Assembly (NCBI GenBank): GCA_023213395.1
Contig: CM041465.1
Coordinates: 67,153,741 to 67,217,740, forward strand
Direction: 5' to 3'
DNA: 64,000 nt
Origin: Cycas panzhihuaensis
Lineage: Eukaryota; Plantae; Cycadophyta
In this document: positions 14,547 to 25,974 of the stretch, piece by piece
Numbering within the stretch: position 1 is the first letter of the stretch
Layout: the number at the start of each line of letters is the position of its first letter
Notes under the pieces: model-generated
Database searches by the model: none
Told to the model about the DNA's origin: nothing
The model's input: the letters and a program-made list of their open reading frames with translations, nothing else
Program-made: the position numbers and the translations under genes

Positions 14547-14779
14547 GAATCAATCTAGGTTAAGTACCTCTCAATAACTTTATGTTTCTTCTATTTCTAA
14601 TGAAAATAAATAGATATCAATCTATAGGAACCCTAGAACCAACTTTGTCTAACTTCTAAAAAGAAGTCTCCACTTGGTTGTGTTGTATGGTTGAAAATAT
14701 TGGAAGGCAAAAGGCTAGGATATGTGAATGACACTTGGTAAAGGAATATACTAGCCTACATAATTAAGTAGAGGAGATC
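14547..14779 (-). repeat. ~235-bp direct repeat of 21936-22170, probably the 3' LTR of the minus-strand gypsy element
   Basis: Colinear alignment with shared blocks gttaagtacctct, atttctaatgaa, cctagaaccaactttgtctaact, aaaaggctaggatatgtga and tactagcctacataat. Confidence 0.85.
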
Positions 14780-15528
14780 ATAGCCTCTAATGATGTACTA
14801 TGAGACACATGATGGCAAATGTATTTTATGATGACCATGTATTTATATATCTATATACATTGATCATTCCGGTTATCATTTATGTAATTGTGTGGATGAA
14901 ACATTAACTCTTTATCCATCCCACCTTTTTATCCTTTCTTTATATTATGCATAATATATACTCATTTGTGTGATTGATTGTGAAATCATATAAAAAAGAA
15001 AGAGAACCTTTTTTTTTTAATATTTTATCATTATTTTTTTTATTAGTATGTACATGATAGTTTATACTCATCTCAGAGTAAAAGAGGTTTTCCAAAAAAG
15101 AGTAGATTGAAAAGATTTATGAACTCCATTCTCATAAACATAAAATTATTTAAAACTCAAATGGTAATAAGTTTATAAAAGTAAAGAATGAAACAATAGA
15201 AACCCTCCATAGAATTTATATCATTCACATCATACTCAGGATAGATTATACAAACACAGATTGAATTCTATATCTATATAATATATGTAGAGAAAATCAT
15301 ATTATTTATAAAATAGAAGGTGAGTTTCACTTGATAAACAACTAGTCTTTTGAGTATATAGGATTTCTCATTAACTCCTAAGGGAAAAAGGATTTAAGGG
15401 ACTTGCCCCCTACTAAGATCCTCCTTGACCCATGATTCACACATGGGTCTATATTTTCTAACACTTCATCTTATATTAAATCTCTCAATTTAGACTACAC
15501 AAAACTCATACTTCTACCTTCAAAATCC

Positions 15529-15624
15529 ATAGTTTATAGTCTTTATAAAATGACAGATTATACTCATTTTGAAGTGATAGTTTATACTTATTATAGAGTA
15601 GTAGTTTATATTCATTCTAAAGTA
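15529..15624 (+). repeat. Degenerate minisatellite, 4 x 24 bp (consensus ~atagtttatactcattntaaagtr)
   Basis: Units start at 15529, 15553, 15577 and 15601. Related atagtttata motifs occur at ~15057 and ~17659-17720. Confidence 0.7.
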
Positions 15625-15978
15625 GAGTGTCCTCAACATAGGATGAAATCTATCCAAGGTAGTTATCTAGGATAAAAGTGAAATAGGTTAATATCACAAG
15701 GTCATTACGTTAGTTGATTATTCTTAGAAAGGGTCTTAAGTGAACTTTAAATTAGATCACTTAAGTGAAATACACTTTCATATGTATTATATGTAATTTC
15801 ATGTTACCTAATTATAATGCTCCCTCTCTCAATATAAAATTAAAAGATTAATGGAGGAGGCTCATTCTTACCTCCCTATTTTGTGAGAGCTACTATTTTT
15901 CTCTCAAGTCTCTCTTGCTCCTATATTTTCCTTTGTGTTTAGTGCATGGAGATGAAAGATATATCCACTCTTTTCTTA

Positions 15979-16213
15979 TGGTATCAGAGTAACTATGGTT
16001 CAAAACCAGTCTTATGTACCATGGTAGCACACCCAGACATACATGAAAGTGGGGGTATGGATGTTGAGGAATGTTGTGCTGGACATGCACACTGTGTAGG
16101 TATAATCGACTCCTCGTGATAGGGGAGTGTTGGAACTCATGATACTAACTATCCTGAGGAAGTCCTATTCCCAAATCACCCTAGGGATTTTGGTGTAACG
16201 ATAGCCTATGACA
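15979..16213 (+). mobile_element. Second TRIM copy, lacking the 5' LTR
   Basis: Begins at the PBS (tggtatcagagt). Interior is colinear with 10670-10818, followed by PPT gataggggag and an 86-bp LTR tgttgga...tgaca at 16128-16213. Confidence 0.9.
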
Positions 16214-17739
16214 AAAAGAAACTATAGTGCTAGCTTTTGTATTAAAAGATCCTAAAATATACTTGATAGTAACGAAAGAGAAAAATGATATCGATGATAA
16301 AACTTGATGGTAAAGAGTAAGAAGCCATGAGGAATAGACCTAGTAAGTACTAACCAACTAATAAATGACAACTTAAGAATCAGAGTAGATGATAATAGGA
16401 CCATCATAAAACTAGGAGACATCTAACAAGGCTCTTATAATAGCAAAATATTGAACTTCATTATTGGTGGCTCTAAGTAAAAATAGACCTACAAATGAGA
16501 GAAGGGTTTTTTATTGCTCATATATCACCCATGTAATAATAGATGGCCTTGGGTTACCTCTACTACCTTCATCAGTGAGTATACTCAATGCCAAAAGAAA
16601 GATAAGAGCTAAATTTAGATATAAAGTGATCAATAAAGAGAAATTGTAAAAATTAATCAATTAAGAGTTGGTGTAGAATGATACAAAAATGGTTTAAACT
16701 ACAAGGTGTAAATCATAATATCATAACTAGGATAATAACTAATGGTTAAAAGATGCCAAGTATGGTTTAATAACAATTAAGGCTATGGTGGACCTAAGCA
16801 TTTATATCTAAACATCCTAAGTGACCAACCAAAATAAACATAACCTATAATTGATATAGGTAGGGTTAAACCTATCGTGTGACTTTCCCTACATAATAGG
16901 ATGATGATAATAGTATTTTTTACTTTTTTACTTCTTTCTTTCTTTTTTAATTTCAGTTTTTTTTTTTTTCTTTAACATATTTTCAATACTTACAGAAGAG
17001 AGGATTTGAGAATCATCTAATTATAATATATCCCTTCTCAATGTAGGAAGGATTGGTCCTTTTCAACAAAACCAAAATGGGATAGGGGTAACCAAACTCC
17101 TCAAAGATCAAATCGTAGGTAACAAAAGGAAATCTAAATCACAATGTCTCTAAACATATAAGAAATGTGTTTAAATGAGGATTCACCTCAAGAGTGTAAA
17201 TAAAGTAAATCAAGGATTAACATAAAAAGAAAAGCAAGTGGTATAAGATCAAAAAGAAACTTCTAAGCTAAAAGGAAAGGTCTATAAAGTAGATTAAATA
17301 ATTAGCAGAATAACTAAAGTTGAAAAAATAGATATTATATCATAAATAACTATTAAGGGTGAAATTAGAAGCCAAGGTTCTCTTTTGAGTTTGAATCTTA
17401 AAGGAGAAGAAGTTGAAGAATGGTAATAAAAGAAGGATTCTAGTAACCAATGCCTATGCCAAAAAAACATAGTAGTCTTACATAGTTGATAGAACATCAC
17501 TTAGCAAAAGCAAGAGGAAACTGACAGAACATAAAGACTAATTAAAGAAAGAGATTGTCCATAGTTTCAGTTAATTAGAAAATATAACTTCTCAGAGTTA
17601 TAATTTATCATTATTATAGAGATAGGATGTCCATCTAAGTGGACGGATGGAGTCTACCATAGTTTATACTCTTTAGCAAATAAATCTCTTAAAGTCATAG
17701 TTTATATTTATTATAAAGTTATTCTTGGAGTGTCCCCTA

Positions 17740-20700
17740 ACTCCAGGTCAATATTAACCAACTCTCCTATGACCATGCCATTTGCTTCTTAAAAATTAGG
17801 AGGAGCAGATTCTACTAAAGAAACACATACCTTAGATTGAGAATAAGTAGCTAGAGGTGAATTTGAATAAATTAGTTTTGAAAAACCTAAATTGTGATGA
17901 TAAGAAAAAAGACAAGGGGTAGAGCTAACCAAATGCTTAAGGATTGCCTCATCATTCTTGAAATGCTCTAAATAGAAGACATTGTCAAGGATAATATTCT
18001 TTGATAACTTATAAGGAGGAGATGATGACTTAATGATTTGGGGACCATTAAATAAAAGATTTTGATGAGTTGGTAAAAACTCAATAATCAAAGAGGCTTG
18101 GGTAAATGGGATTGGTTTACCAATAAAGTCCCAAGTCAAAGTGAAGACTTAATTAATTTTTTCATAGTCAAAAGAATAATCATGATCAAATAGGGTCATA
18201 TAAACAAAAGATGATGACTATTCATTAATAAAATGATAAAAAAGAAGAGAAATAATTGAAACCAACTTAATCTCTCAAACTCCATTAGGTAAAATCTGAT
18301 CTATTTGAGATGATGTAGAGGATGAAAAAAACTTCATTGTTAGATATTAAATCTAGATGCCTATCTAATAACAACTTCTTTTGATATCTGTTAAGCCATC
18401 TGGTAAAGGGAGAAGATGGAGAAAAAGGAACTGTCATAGGTGGTGGTACATTATGTAGGGATGGCTTCATATATTCAAGTAGAGAAGTGGTTATATGAGG
18501 TGAAACCAGGGTAACTCTAGATGAAGGTAAATGTAAGATTTTAAAAAAATAACATTCATTTGAAAGCAAAGGATATGAATTAGTTTCTTGAACTAAAGAA
18601 TGTTCTCCATAAGATTAATTAAGATCTAATATTTTTTTCTTTAGAAAATTTAGACATATAAGTTAAACTAATCTAATAAGAAAAGAAGAAGGACAACGTA
18701 GTTTGCAAGGAATGATTTCAACCATATCAACATCTTTTACTTCTCCTTGAGGAGAGGTAGTCATAATGGTGAAATATTATTCTAAACTCATAGATTAGAG
18801 GACTCACCAGGTTTAGCAACTATTTCAATATGAGGTATTGATTGCTTGATAAGATTAGCTCTATGCTTCATAATTTTTAATTCTTCCTCATGAATGAACT
18901 GAAGTTTATCAAAAATGTAAGAGTAAATAACAAACATTTAGGTGATTAAAGGCCTATCTAAAAGGATGTTACACTCTAAATTAACGTTAAGAAAGTTTAA
19001 TTCAATGTAAACTATTTTACCTTCGAAGGTCAAAGGTAGAGTGATTTGACCAAGGGGAGTTATCTTATTTTTATCATAACCTTACTAAATCCATTTATAA
19101 GGATCAAAGATAGATATCTCTAAACCTTCAACTAGGCAAAGAGGGATAATGTTAACAGATGAACTCTCATCAATGATAACACATCAAATGTTTATGTTAT
19201 CCTTGATAATTTTAATAGAAAACAAGGGAATATCATTAGGAGCATGGTTAATTTGAGAAGGCAATATAGCTAAGTCAAATGAAAGGATAAAACTAAATGA
19301 TCTAACAAAGGCATGGACTCCCAATGTATTAAATAAAAGTTAGTATTGCTTGGGGAAATACTTTAATAAATTAATAACTAATATGCTAGTAGGAATAGTC
19401 TTGAACTCATCAACCAAAGAAAATGATTCATCCTTTAAACTAGAAGGAATAGATTGAAGCTTGATAAGAGGAGGGGGAATAAGAGGCAAAAAGTCATGAC
19501 TTTTGGTTATTAAATCATTAAATTACTTAGAAAGACATGAACTCTTTATAGACAGTTCTTTTACTTTCACAACATTTAAGAGTTGTGCAAGTTTAGCTAT
19601 TAGTACACTTTGCTGAGAGAATAGAGGTAGGTAATTTCTTTGATGAATGAGGGTTAGAAGTTTCACCTTCAGCACTTTCTATCTAATTTGCGTTACCTTT
19701 CTTGTATTTATCTTCTTTATAATCATGTCAAGGTAATGGATATTTATAAATCAATTAATCTTGAGAAGATTTAAAAGTTTGATTTGTTTGAATAATAGTC
19801 TTTAGATTCATTGCTTGAACCATGTGACATTCACTCCTATCCTGGGCATTGATTTAGTAGAAAGAGCACCATTTAGTCTTCCTCATAGAGGAGAAGGTAT
19901 ATGTTGGTTTTATCATTTTCAACCCTTAATAAGGTGAATAACTTTTTCTTCTTATCTAAGAGGATTAGGAGAAGAGTCATCAATATATAACTTAAAGTCA
20001 TTTGCACACTCTAATGATCTAATTGAGGAAGTCAAGTGATCATAAGTTGGTTTAGAATGAGATGATTTGGGTGCTTGAACTAATTCTTTTAAAGGAATCA
20101 ATTTACTAACTTTCATAATACCCACTTAGATTTGAAAAGTATATAAATCAAGGCATCAATCAATAGCTTCATCATATGTTTGAGGACCTAGCTTCCGTGC
20201 CTCAAGATGGACAAGAGATCTTAAAGCATTAATAAACAAGTTAAAGAGAGGATTAAAATATAATTAAAAGTAGCATACATGAACCTAATCTCAAAATCTT
20301 CTCACAAAATCTCTTAAAGTATCATCATGATTCTGTTTAATAGCTTATAGTGATTTAACCCTACATTCAAAAGGTCTTACAACATTAAAGTAATTAATAA
20401 AAGAATCTACTAATTATTGGAATGAAAGGATGGAGATAGATTGAATGTAATAATACCATTTCAAAGCATCGCATTGAAGTGATTTAAAGAATAATCATAT
20501 TATGACATAATCATATGGCATAAAGTTAGTACATACAAGCATAAATACTTGTATATATGATGTTAGATCTTAGGAAGATTTACCTAAAAACTTAGGAAGT
20601 TCAGTTAGGAAAGAAGGCATGGGAAATAATAGGACCTCTTATGGAAAAGGAGACTTCACATAATCCAAGAAAGATTTCCTTAGTCTCACAGTTGTAGAAT

Positions 20701-22171
20701 GTTGAGGCAAGGATGAAGGTTAAGGAATTGAAGAGGAAGTATGCTATTATTCATAAGAAGTAAGACAAATTGGGAGAAATTGAGTGGGATTAAACCATAT
20801 TGCTGGGTTAACTATCAAATTATTTTGAGTTATAGGAACTTGAGGAAATATGGGATTAAGATTATAAGTTAAAGTATACTATGGAAATGGCTTAGGAATA
20901 TAAGATGAGGAAGAAGGATTAACTATTACAGTGGCTTATAATTTAGTAGAAGCAACCTAAGGATGAATAATTTAAAGGTTAGAGTTAGGATTAAATGATG
21001 GAATATGATTATTTTATTTAGGAGAAGGAGGTATAAGCCTAACTCATTTAGGAATAATACTATGTATAAGAACTTGTTGATGAGCTTAGAAGTAATGAAA
21101 CATTTCTTGAGTCTAAAGAGTTGGTCTAATGATCAAATTTGATGGACTAACATGATTAGAGATAAGAGCATAAGAAGAAATAGGATTATCTTGGGTGAGT
21201 GATTTAAGAGGTTTCTCATGTGTATAAGATGTAACAAGAGGAGGATAATTTTGGTCTTATAAGAAATAAGATGAAATGTAAGGCTATGAATGAACAAATA
21301 TATTACCTTTTCCTTCTTAGTAAGGAGAAGAGGATGCTCTTAGAGTAGGCGAGTGAGATCGTAAAGGAGAGTGAGTCACCTTACTAGTACCAAATGGATT
21401 TTCCTGCATTGATATATATTCCTCATAAAGTGGATCAAACTAATAATGATATGGTGAAGTAGATATGGTATCAGTGTTAGGGTAGAAAGGGTCAGGGTAG
21501 AAAGGGTCATCATAATTAGGAATATAGACAAGAGAAGGAATTCCATTTAGAATGGGATCAAGGTAAGATAAAGATTCTTAAACAAAAGAGGCTCCTTCTT
21601 GAACAATAGTAGAGGTAGAAAAGGGAGTACTACTAACAAACTAGGAAGGTATTTTAGAGCACACTTGCTTAATAGATACTTCATATAATTTATCTAATTC
21701 CTCATATAGATAGAAATAGGTATCATGTACTTGATATTTAGCAAGATCTTCATGAGTAGATAAAACTTCCTTAGTAAAGTGGATATATTAAGGTCCAAAA
21801 TCTAGTGAAAGACCTTAAAGTCTCATTAATCTCCTTTGATAAGATGAGGGGGTTATTTCTATTGTTTAAAAATATATAATCAATTGAAACAAAGGGCAAG
21901 TCCCTAGTATGTTTTCCAAACTGATGGTTATTTGAGAATTAGTCTATGTTAAGTACCTCTAAATAACTTTATATTTCTTCCATTTCTAATGAATATCAAG
22001 ATATATATCAACCTATAGGATACCTAGAACCAACTTTGTCTAACTCTTAAGAAGAAGTCTCTACTTGGTTGTGTTATATGGTTAGAAGTGATGAAAGATA
22101 AAAGGCTAGGATATGTGATCAACACTTGATGGAGGAACATACTAGCCTACATAATCAAGTAGAAGAGATCT
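17740..22171 (-). mobile_element. Decayed Ty3/gypsy element related to family B (5' LTR, gag, protease, PR-RT spacer; RT/RH/INT absent)
   Basis: On the minus strand: N-terminal RRLMRL*GL (~21830); gag core at ~20150-20650 homologous to the family-B PKF..S.D..H/LKW.Y/IKQ.HD block; protease VIIDESSSVNIIP and NILLDRP (~18950-19190). ORF 17789..18139 contains HFKNDEAILKHL, homologous to CFENNEALLEYL. Confidence 0.8.
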
Positions 22172-24139
22172 AAGTTTGGAGCTACACTGATAATGTTTTT
22201 ATTTTATTTTCTTATTTTTTGTTATTCTATCTCTTATATTTTTCAACATTTTAGGTTTATCCATTTGAAGGAAATACTAAAATAAAGAACAATTTGATCA
22301 TACACTTGCAAAAAGCAACAAAAAAATACTAATAAATTTAAGGAAAATCACTCTTCAAATCAAATAAAGAAATAAGAAATCATAATGACTCTTCTTTTTT
22401 AAAGGAAATATTGCCAGTAAATAAAAGAATCTAACTTAAAATCTTCAAATAAACTTCTATTTCAAATATAAAGATATAAGAAATAAACTTTTTCAAAGGA
22501 ATTTTTTCATACATAGCTAGAAAATAAAGGTTGAAATAGTTTGAAGCTCCTTCTAGAATTCTTCTTCTTGCATACATGATCTTTGATGAATTTTATAATT
22601 TTTCGACCATATAATAACTCCAAATAAAGGAAATAAGCTATGAAATTTAACATGCAAAGTATAAACTTAATATACAACCTCAAAGTGCACTTTAACAACC
22701 CATGAAAGATGATATACAATGTGTAGATTCACCATGCAAGTAAGAACTTATCCCATATATCTCATTAAGAACTTAAATTAGGAACATAAAAAAGATTTCA
22801 CCATTGATTCAACAACATATAACTATAAAATTATTGAATCAATTCTAGCTTTTATAAAAGAAAAGAGTAAACAAGATGCATACAAAATTTATCCCCTTTA
22901 CTCATTTTCTAATTGTGCATCTTCTAGAAGAAGATGAAGAAGAAAAAAAAAAAAAAGAATTAAGGAAAGTGAACTATATAATCATAAGACCCTTAATGTA
23001 TGTAATTATATATATGCCTTACCATAATAATCTTCCTCATATTGACTAATCTTCAACCAATTCTTCCTTTTAATATAGGTAGAAAAAGGAGAAATTTGTA
23101 AAGAAACCACTAAAACTAGCACCAAACCAAAAGAAAATGAGACAAAGACCTATTAAAAATCTTAACTGCTATAGAGAATGGGAGGGAGAAGGTATGAAAT
23201 ATGATAAAGAGGTAGATCTCTCTTCTCTATAGTAATTCTCTATGAACCCCATAATGGGCTAATATTTCAACCAAGATTAATCCAAGAAAAATTAGAGAAC
23301 AACAAGAATTAAAGCCAAGATTGAGAAGATAGTATAAAGAAGGCACAACATAATAATTAACCATTTAAAAAAAAAAAAAGACTGATAGAAAAATATTACC
23401 AAACTTATAATAAGACATTTGAAGTTAAATAAAGGCTTTGTAGATGACAAACATCTCAACAAGTCTCATAAAATAGAGTTAAATAGTAGCACTAGCAATA
23501 TCTCTAAGTCTCTTTCTATTTTATTCTTCCATTCTCCACTTCTTTTCTCTTTTTTGTTCAATAGAACCATAAAACTCACAATAATTTGAGGGTTTCTAGG
23601 TAAGAAAGAAGGAGTTATTATCAAATTTAGGCAAAAATATGTGAAAAATACAGAAAAAATGATATGTTTGATTAAAAATATTACATGCATAATAGTCAAA
23701 AATATAATTTTCTACATAAAATGCATTAGGTTATATTATATATAGAATGAAAAACATGACTTTCTAAATAAAATATAATTAATCATATTTTTAAAAATAT
23801 TCAAAAGGTGATGATTAAAAGAAAAAAAAATTAACAAATATAATTTAGAAACTCAAAGTATTACCAACAACTAAAGTAAAATGACTTCATCAAAGATAAA
23901 GAGTATCTCAGAAGAAGTGACAAATTAAGCACAATCCTAAAAAATATTAAAAATTGATAACCATAGTATAAGAATAAGAGGAAAAGATGGAAATAAGGTG
24001 TTAAAATACTTCAAGATCTAAAAATCATGTGGAACTAATATAATATCATGCTAAACTATCATAATACTTTAATGAATAAGCAAATAAGAATAGAACAATG
24101 GAATATCAAAGAACAGACTCAAGAAATCATTTAATGGAG

Positions 24140-25974
24140 GCTTATTTGTAGGCTTAGGAAATCATTATATGGCCTAAAGCAATCACTCAGGCAATGGTAT
24201 AAGAAGTTTGATACCTTCATAAAGAGCCAAATTTTAAAAGAAGTAAGTATGATTGTTGTATTTACTTTTAATTCTTAGAAAATAACTTATTTATTATCTT
24301 GGTATTGTATATTGATGGCATGCTGGTTGTAAGCAAGAGCATGGCAAAAATCAACAAGTTAAAGGCTCAATTGGCTAGGACTTTTGATATGAAGGATCTA
24401 GGAGCTACAAAATAAATATTAGGTATGGAGATACATAGAGATGGGAAAAATGGTAAGCTATGGTTACCATAGCAGAAATATGTGGAGAAAGTACTAACCT
24501 GATTTGGTATGGCAAATGTGAAACTAGTGAGTGTCATGTTGGCTTCCCATTTCAAGATTTCTTCGAGTATAAGTCACAGTAATAAAGAAAAAGGGATTAT
24601 ATATCTCTTGTACCTTATGCCAGTGCATTAGGAAATTTGATGTATGCTATGGTATATATAAGGCCTGGCATTTCATATGCAGTTAGTGTAGTTAGCAAGC
24701 TTATGGAAAATCCAAGAAAGAAACATTAGAAAGTAGTGAAATAGATGCTTTGGTATTTGACTGGTACAAGTGACTGTTGCATTACCTTTGGAGGTATAGG
24801 TAATTAGGTTTGCAGATATGTTGATTCAAACTTTGCAAGAGATTTAGATAAAAGAAGGTCTTCTTTGGATTATGAATTTACTCTTACAAATGATTTAGTT
24901 ATTTGGATGTCAAAATTATAGAACATAATTATATTATCAACTACTGAAGCAAAATATGTTGCTATAGCACATGCTTGTAAAGAAGTAATCTGGTTGTAGG
25001 GTCTATTAATTAAGCTTGAAAGCAAACAAGAAAAGATAAAGGTATTTTATAACAATCAAAGTGCCATTTACTTAGCAAAGGATCCAGCTTATCATGGTAG
25101 GAGAAAATATATTGCTCTTAAGTACCATTTTGTTAGATAAGTTATAGAAATAGGTGGAGTGATACTAGAGAAAGTTAATACAAAATAGAATTATGCTAAT
25201 ATGTTCACAAAACTAGTACTATTAGAGAAGTTCAAATGGTGTTTGACTTCTCTTATCTGTAGAATATGTGATGAATGGTCTAAGAAAGGTATTAGGTAAA
25301 TTGTTATCAAGGTAGAGTTTGTTAGATAATGTGACAATAATGTTTTGAAGGCTAAATTTTGATAGGTTGGTAGCAAAATTTCCCCCCCAAATATCTTTGG
25401 GGTGAATCTAAGGGAGGTGAGAAACCCCTTGGCCAAGGGATGTAGGAGGGCATGAACCCCCCTACAAACAGGAGGTTCAAGGGTGATAGCCCCTAACCCA
25501 AAAAGCTAGCATTAAAAAACATACTAAATTATAAAGAGAATCAGGGTCATTCGCTCAAAATGCCTTAGATTCAATGGTTGAGATTTATGCCTTGTATAAC
25601 TCTCTCATATAATCTGATTTAGGATGTTTTTTCATTATGTTGATGGTGTTCAATGTATTGGATACACTATGAGGAGTTAGGTGGCTGATTATTGTGGCTG
25701 TGAGTATTTTATTACAGATTATGTACATTTCTCCATTCTTTGATAACAAAGATTAATACCTTTCCTGTGTGGATGTTTTCCTAGCATACTACTAGGGTGT
25801 TATCACATTATATCAAGTGTATATATGATGCTTTAACTTTCTAATTCATTTATTGTATTATCTCTAGTTAAAGAACTTGCATGCTAAATTTTAGTTTTAA
25901 TTCATGTAACTAGTTGCAAAATAGTTTAGATCTTAGTGGTAGTTTTTGGTTATTGGGACCTAGTTTACTCAACA
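24140..25974 (+). mobile_element. 3' part of a Ty1/copia family A element (RT C-terminus, RNase H, PPT, 3' LTR)
   Basis: Translates to LRKSLYGLKQSLRQWYKKFD, LVLYIDGML (YVDD), FDMKDLGA, STTEAKYVA, NQSAIYLAKDP and ANMFTK. PPT aaggtagag lies just before the LTR. Many stop codons; 5' part missing. Confidence 0.92.
25320..25974 (+). repeat. 3' LTR of copia family A
   Basis: tgttaga...ctcaaca termini; homologous to 6946-7611 and 51991-52621. Confidence 0.9.

Noticed and set aside
15529-15624. Regularly spaced repeats as a CRISPR-like array
   Set aside because: Head-to-tail degenerate 24-mers without unique spacers, in eukaryotic TE context and with no cas genes.
16214-17220. Possible gag/protease or plant-mobile-domain fragments
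   Set aside because: Only vague motif resemblance and no continuous frame.
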